Positions 60,694 to 64,000 of a stretch of 64,000 bases of DNA are shown here, in pieces. The notes under the pieces were generated by a model. That model saw only the letters and a list, made by a program, of their open reading frames with translations. It had not been told where the DNA came from and did not search any database. Each line of letters opens with the position of its first letter. The stretch's first letter is position 1. Made by a program: the position numbers and the translations under genes. The DNA comes from Candidatus Poribacteria bacterium (GTDB lineage: Bacteria > Poribacteria > WGA-4E > PCPOR2b): the NCBI GenBank assembly GCA_965198175.1, contig OZ240245.1, positions 3,360,001 through 3,424,000 of the forward strand, read 5' to 3'.

Positions 60694-61095
60694 TCAATAG
60701 CGATTCAGCGTCGAATCAATTTCAATCGCCCACCGATCAATCCCACCGGCTAAACTTTTTACGTTCCGAAAACCGAGTTGATACAAGTAGGCAGCCGCAT
60801 ACATGCTTCGCATCCCTTTATGGCAATGGATGACGATTTCGCTGTCCATATCAAGCCGATGCACTTGTTGGGGCAACTCGTTGACCGGGATTAAAAGGGC
60901 GTCTTCAAAACGAACAATCTCATACTCGTCGGTCTCACGAACATCAAGCAATATAATCGGATGGTTCCGATCTCGCTTCTGCTTGAGTTCATGAACTGAG
61001 ATTTCGTGTTTTTCCGGCTCAAAATGCGGAGAAGTTGCGGGCTCCTGTGCTTCCGCGGATTGTCTCGATTGCACATCCTTTATCGATTCTTCCAA
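60694..61095 (-). CDS. Rhodanese-like domain protein
   Basis: LDVRE, CHKGMRS and LAGGIDRW motifs. Confidence 0.9.
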   Translation of the reverse strand: MEESIKDVQSRQSAEAQEPATSPHFEPEKHEISVHELKQKRDRNHPIILLDVRETDEYEIVRFEDALLIPVNELPQQVHRLDMDSEIVIHCHKGMRSMYAAAYLYQLGFRNVKSLAGGIDRWAIEIDSTLNRY

Positions 61096-61110
61096 GATTA
61101 TTTTCTCCTT

Positions 61111-61878
61111 TCAATTGAAATTTTCATGTTTAACAAATGCTGATGGACGCAAGCGTACGGACCTCCCACATATTGACTCAACGTATCCCAGCCTCAATAA
61201 GCTGACGACTTCGTAATCAGAAGGGACATTGAAAATCTGGCGGATTTGTTCGCAATCACCCTGACGTTCGAGTGGCGCACTAATGAACTGACTGCCAATT
61301 TTAAGCGCTGTCGCGGCTAACATTAGGTTCTGAATCATCGCTCCCATACTCAGCGACATCCAGCGTCGCCCACCGTCTCCAGGGGGGCGCCTTCTACAAT
61401 CCATCAAGATCAGCATCAGTAGCGGCGATGTCCGAATAAGCTCGGAAATCGTTTCAGCAGGTTTTCGACCTGCGCCAAGATGCCCCAGCACACTCAGGTG
61501 CTTTGCATTTTTGAGCAGTGGCGCAAGTTTTCTTGGATTCTTTAGTAAAATAGGTGGTAGGTCAACGTGATCCGCGAGCAACACTCCATCCCCCAGTTCT
61601 TGCCACTCTTCCTCCGTCAAGCGCATCCAGCGGCTGTTGTCATCAAGAAACTGGGAATCCTTGAACTGCTCAACGATACACCGTTCCGTCAGATCGGCAA
61701 GCGCATTTTTGCCCTGCGTTTCTTGGATAATGAGTAGCTCCCACGGCTGAACATTAAACGGGGATGGCGCCCACCGCGCGGCTTGTATGAGCTTATCCAC
61801 ATCTGATTGAGCGATTGGTTCGTTCCGAAACTTTTCGCGATAGCTCCGTCGTTGGGCGATTGCGTCGAATACGTCCAT
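61111..61878 (-). CDS. Nitroreductase family protein
   Basis: RRSYR, WAPSPFNVQPW and QNLMLAA motifs. Confidence 0.9.
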   Translation of the reverse strand: MDVFDAIAQRRSYREKFRNEPIAQSDVDKLIQAARWAPSPFNVQPWELLIIQETQGKNALADLTERCIVEQFKDSQFLDDNSRWMRLTEEEWQELGDGVLLADHVDLPPILLKNPRKLAPLLKNAKHLSVLGHLGAGRKPAETISELIRTSPLLMLILMDCRRRPPGDGGRRWMSLSMGAMIQNLMLAATALKIGSQFISAPLERQGDCEQIRQIFNVPSDYEVVSLLRLGYVESICGRSVRLRPSAFVKHENFN

Positions 61879-62013
61879 ATTTTATAGTTCCTGTAGCTCG
61901 ATTATACAAGGCATTAGGTCTAAGAATTTGTCTATTCTGTCTGTTTTTTTCCGCCGTAAGCAATCCCCCATTGGGAGAAGTCTTCCACACCGACCAAATC
62001 GGCGCCGGTGTAT

Positions 62014-62049
62014 AAAAACCCACCCTGTGTGCACGCAGGGTGGGTTTTT
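62014..62049. terminator. Rho-independent terminator (bidirectional form)
   Basis: AAAAACCCACCCTG...CAGGGTGGGTTTTT, downstream of the LamG gene. Confidence 0.85.
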
Positions 62050-62121
62050 CACCTCGAAACATTCAAATCGTCACGCGATAATCTGCCTGCATCCCGATGG
62101 TAGGAAATACGCACGTCGCGG

Positions 62122-62916
62122 CTAATCGCGAGTCTTTATTTTGCCCCAAGCTGTTGTGACTTTGCCTGATGGATCAACGGCGAGTCCAAGGACATTTCCG
62201 AGTCCTTTATCTTTAATGCTGTTGATGTCTGCTTTGCTTAAGACAACATCAAAAACCCCCACTTCGTCAACCGACCCTTCGAAAGTCGTGCCGGCTCTGC
62301 CGCCGATATGCCAAGCACGATCATTTCCACGGACAAAGGCACCCACCCCGCCCCTTTCCGCGACAATTTTACCATCTATCCAAATTTCCATCGACTTACC
62401 AGAGCCGGTAAACGCTACGTGATGCCAATCGTCCTCAAAGTTTTCTGGCATCGGGGCGTTAAGGTTGCCCATGGGTCTGCCAAACTGCCATGCAATGCCG
62501 TCCGCGCCCCAGGGGAAATGCACCGCAATTCGGTTATCCCAGGGTTCGGGTGGGACAAAGAAAAAGAGATCGGTGTTGCTCTTTGGTTGCCAACGTATCC
62601 ATGCCACGATAGTTATCTCTTTCGTGGGAGCAACCTCGTCGCCGAAAGAGGCGGGAACAACCATTACATCGCCATCGACACCGAGGTCTATCGCTTTGCC
62701 GATCACGCCTTCAATCCACGAAATTTTCCTGCCCTGTAGCAACCCCATCAGTTTAGCGGGGTTATTCGTCTCGTCCATGACTTCATCCCCTTCGCCCTCA
62801 TCGAAGAGCCAGACCGCCACAGCGGTTTCAGGGTCAATAGCGGAATAACTGGATGCCAAGAGAATCAAGCCAAATAGGATAGCAACGCAGATATAACCGC
62901 AGATAATCGCTTTCAT
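62122..62916 (-). CDS. Secreted LamG-like protein (tandem paralog A)
   Basis: WLFDEG, WHHVAF and GSVDEV motifs; tail VDPSGKVTTAWGKIK; likely start MKAII. Confidence 0.88.
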   Translation of the reverse strand: MKAIICGYICVAILFGLILLASSYSAIDPETAVAVWLFDEGEGDEVMDETNNPAKLMGLLQGRKISWIEGVIGKAIDLGVDGDVMVVPASFGDEVAPTKEITIVAWIRWQPKSNTDLFFFVPPEPWDNRIAVHFPWGADGIAWQFGRPMGNLNAPMPENFEDDWHHVAFTGSGKSMEIWIDGKIVAERGGVGAFVRGNDRAWHIGGRAGTTFEGSVDEVGVFDVVLSKADINSIKDKGLGNVLGLAVDPSGKVTTAWGKIKTRD

Positions 62917-63246
62917 TTTTTTGTCATCTCCTATGGGTTGGTACATTTTTTATTATCTTGTAGAATACAACTGAAGTTCCTTGACTCCTCCCATTTGTCC
63001 CTGGTGGGTGGGATGGAGGCGTGGTCAAGTTTTTCTCTGCACGAATCAGAAGGGGTCCAACTTACTGGAGACTTCGAAGTGGCTAATTGTTACATCATAG
63101 ACTTCCGAAGTCTCACCACATCTTCAACTGTTAACGGAGCGCGAGTGCTTTGACTGCAGCCGATCGGTAAGTTGGAAAAAGGCCTGCAGGCAGACCTCAT
63201 TATTTGCCTGCCTGCAACATGACGGTGGGAGATACGCCCGCCGCGG

Positions 63247-64000
63247 CTAATCGCCAGCCTTTATTCTGCCCCAAGCAGTCGTGACTTTGCCCGCGGAGTC
63301 AACAACGGTTACAAATCCAAGAGTAAGCCCAATTCCTTTGTCCTTGATGTTATTGATGTCTTCTTTGCTTAAGACAACATCGAAAACCCCCACCTCGTCA
63401 ATCGAACCTTCGAAAGTCGTGCCGGCTCTGCCGCCGATATGCCAGGCACGATTATTTCCGCGTACAAAGGGACTCACACCGTCCCTTTCCGCAGCGATCT
63501 CCCCATCTATCCAAATTGCCATCGCCTCACCAGAGCCGGTAAACGCTACGTGATGCCAATCATCCTCAAAGTTTTCTGGCATCGGGGCGTTAAGGTTGCC
63601 CATGGGTCTGCCAAACTGCCATGCAATGCCGTCCGCGCCCCACGGGAAATGCACCGCGATTCGGTTATCCCAGGGTTCGGGTGGGACAAAGAAAAAGAGA
63701 TCGGTATTGTTTTTTACTCGCCAATGTACCCATGCGACGATAGTTATCTCTTTCGTGGGAGCGGCCTCGTCGCCGAAAGACGGGGAAACAACCATCACAT
63801 CGCCATCGGCACCGAGGTCTATCGCTCTGCCGATCACACCTTCAATCCACGTAATGTTACTACCTTGTAGTAACCCCATTAGGTTAGCAGGATTTTCCGT
63901 CTCGTCCCTGACTTCATCGCCCTCGCCCTCCTCAAAGAGCCAGACCGCCACGGCGGTGTCGGGGTCGATAGCGGCATAGCCGGATGCCGAAAGAATCATG
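63247..64000 (-). CDS. Secreted LamG-like protein (tandem paralog B; 5' end outside the window)
   Basis: Near-identical to 62122-62916; tail VDSAGKVTTAWGRIK. Confidence 0.88.
   Translation of the reverse strand, partial: MILSASGYAAIDPDTAVAVWLFEEGEGDEVRDETENPANLMGLLQGSNITWIEGVIGRAIDLGADGDVMVVSPSFGDEAAPTKEITIVAWVHWRVKNNTDLFFFVPPEPWDNRIAVHFPWGADGIAWQFGRPMGNLNAPMPENFEDDWHHVAFTGSGEAMAIWIDGEIAAERDGVSPFVRGNNRAWHIGGRAGTTFEGSIDEVGVFDVVLSKEDINNIKDKGIGLTLGFVTVVDSAGKVTTAWGRIKAGD

Noticed and set aside
1..64000. CRISPR array, rRNA, tRNA
   Set aside because: No regularly spaced repeat-spacer units, cas genes or cloverleaf/rRNA signatures seen by eye

Overview
A 64-kb bacterial chromosomal window, probably Candidatus Poribacteria. 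That assignment is an inference from the PhyH dioxygenases, WD40 repeats, LamG proteins ending in a 'V.P.GK.TT.WG.IK' tail and FlgD/T9SS-like C-terminal domains. Bases 1-6.1 kb form a defence-type island: a type III-like Mod methyltransferase, a HATPase/STAS-like/PIN triad, and an ABC-type AAA ATPase with a putative nuclease. Each of the two cassettes begins right after a copy of the last 22 codons of the mod gene. Bases 11.6-27.4 kb hold three collinear ~1,330-1,380-aa beta-propeller lipoproteins followed by a likely outer-membrane barrel with Ca-binding-like loops. The remainder is housekeeping and metabolic genes (groEL with CIRCE, rhamnose isomerase, glyQS, trpD, kdgK-like, GT9, lexA, thiI), secreted LamG proteins, two GH127 enzymes and a FadL/PorV-like porin. 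Small mobile remnants include an internally deleted IS and a REP-bearing element inside a terminator. No rRNA, tRNA or CRISPR array was seen. All calls come from reading motifs by eye; no database searches were run.
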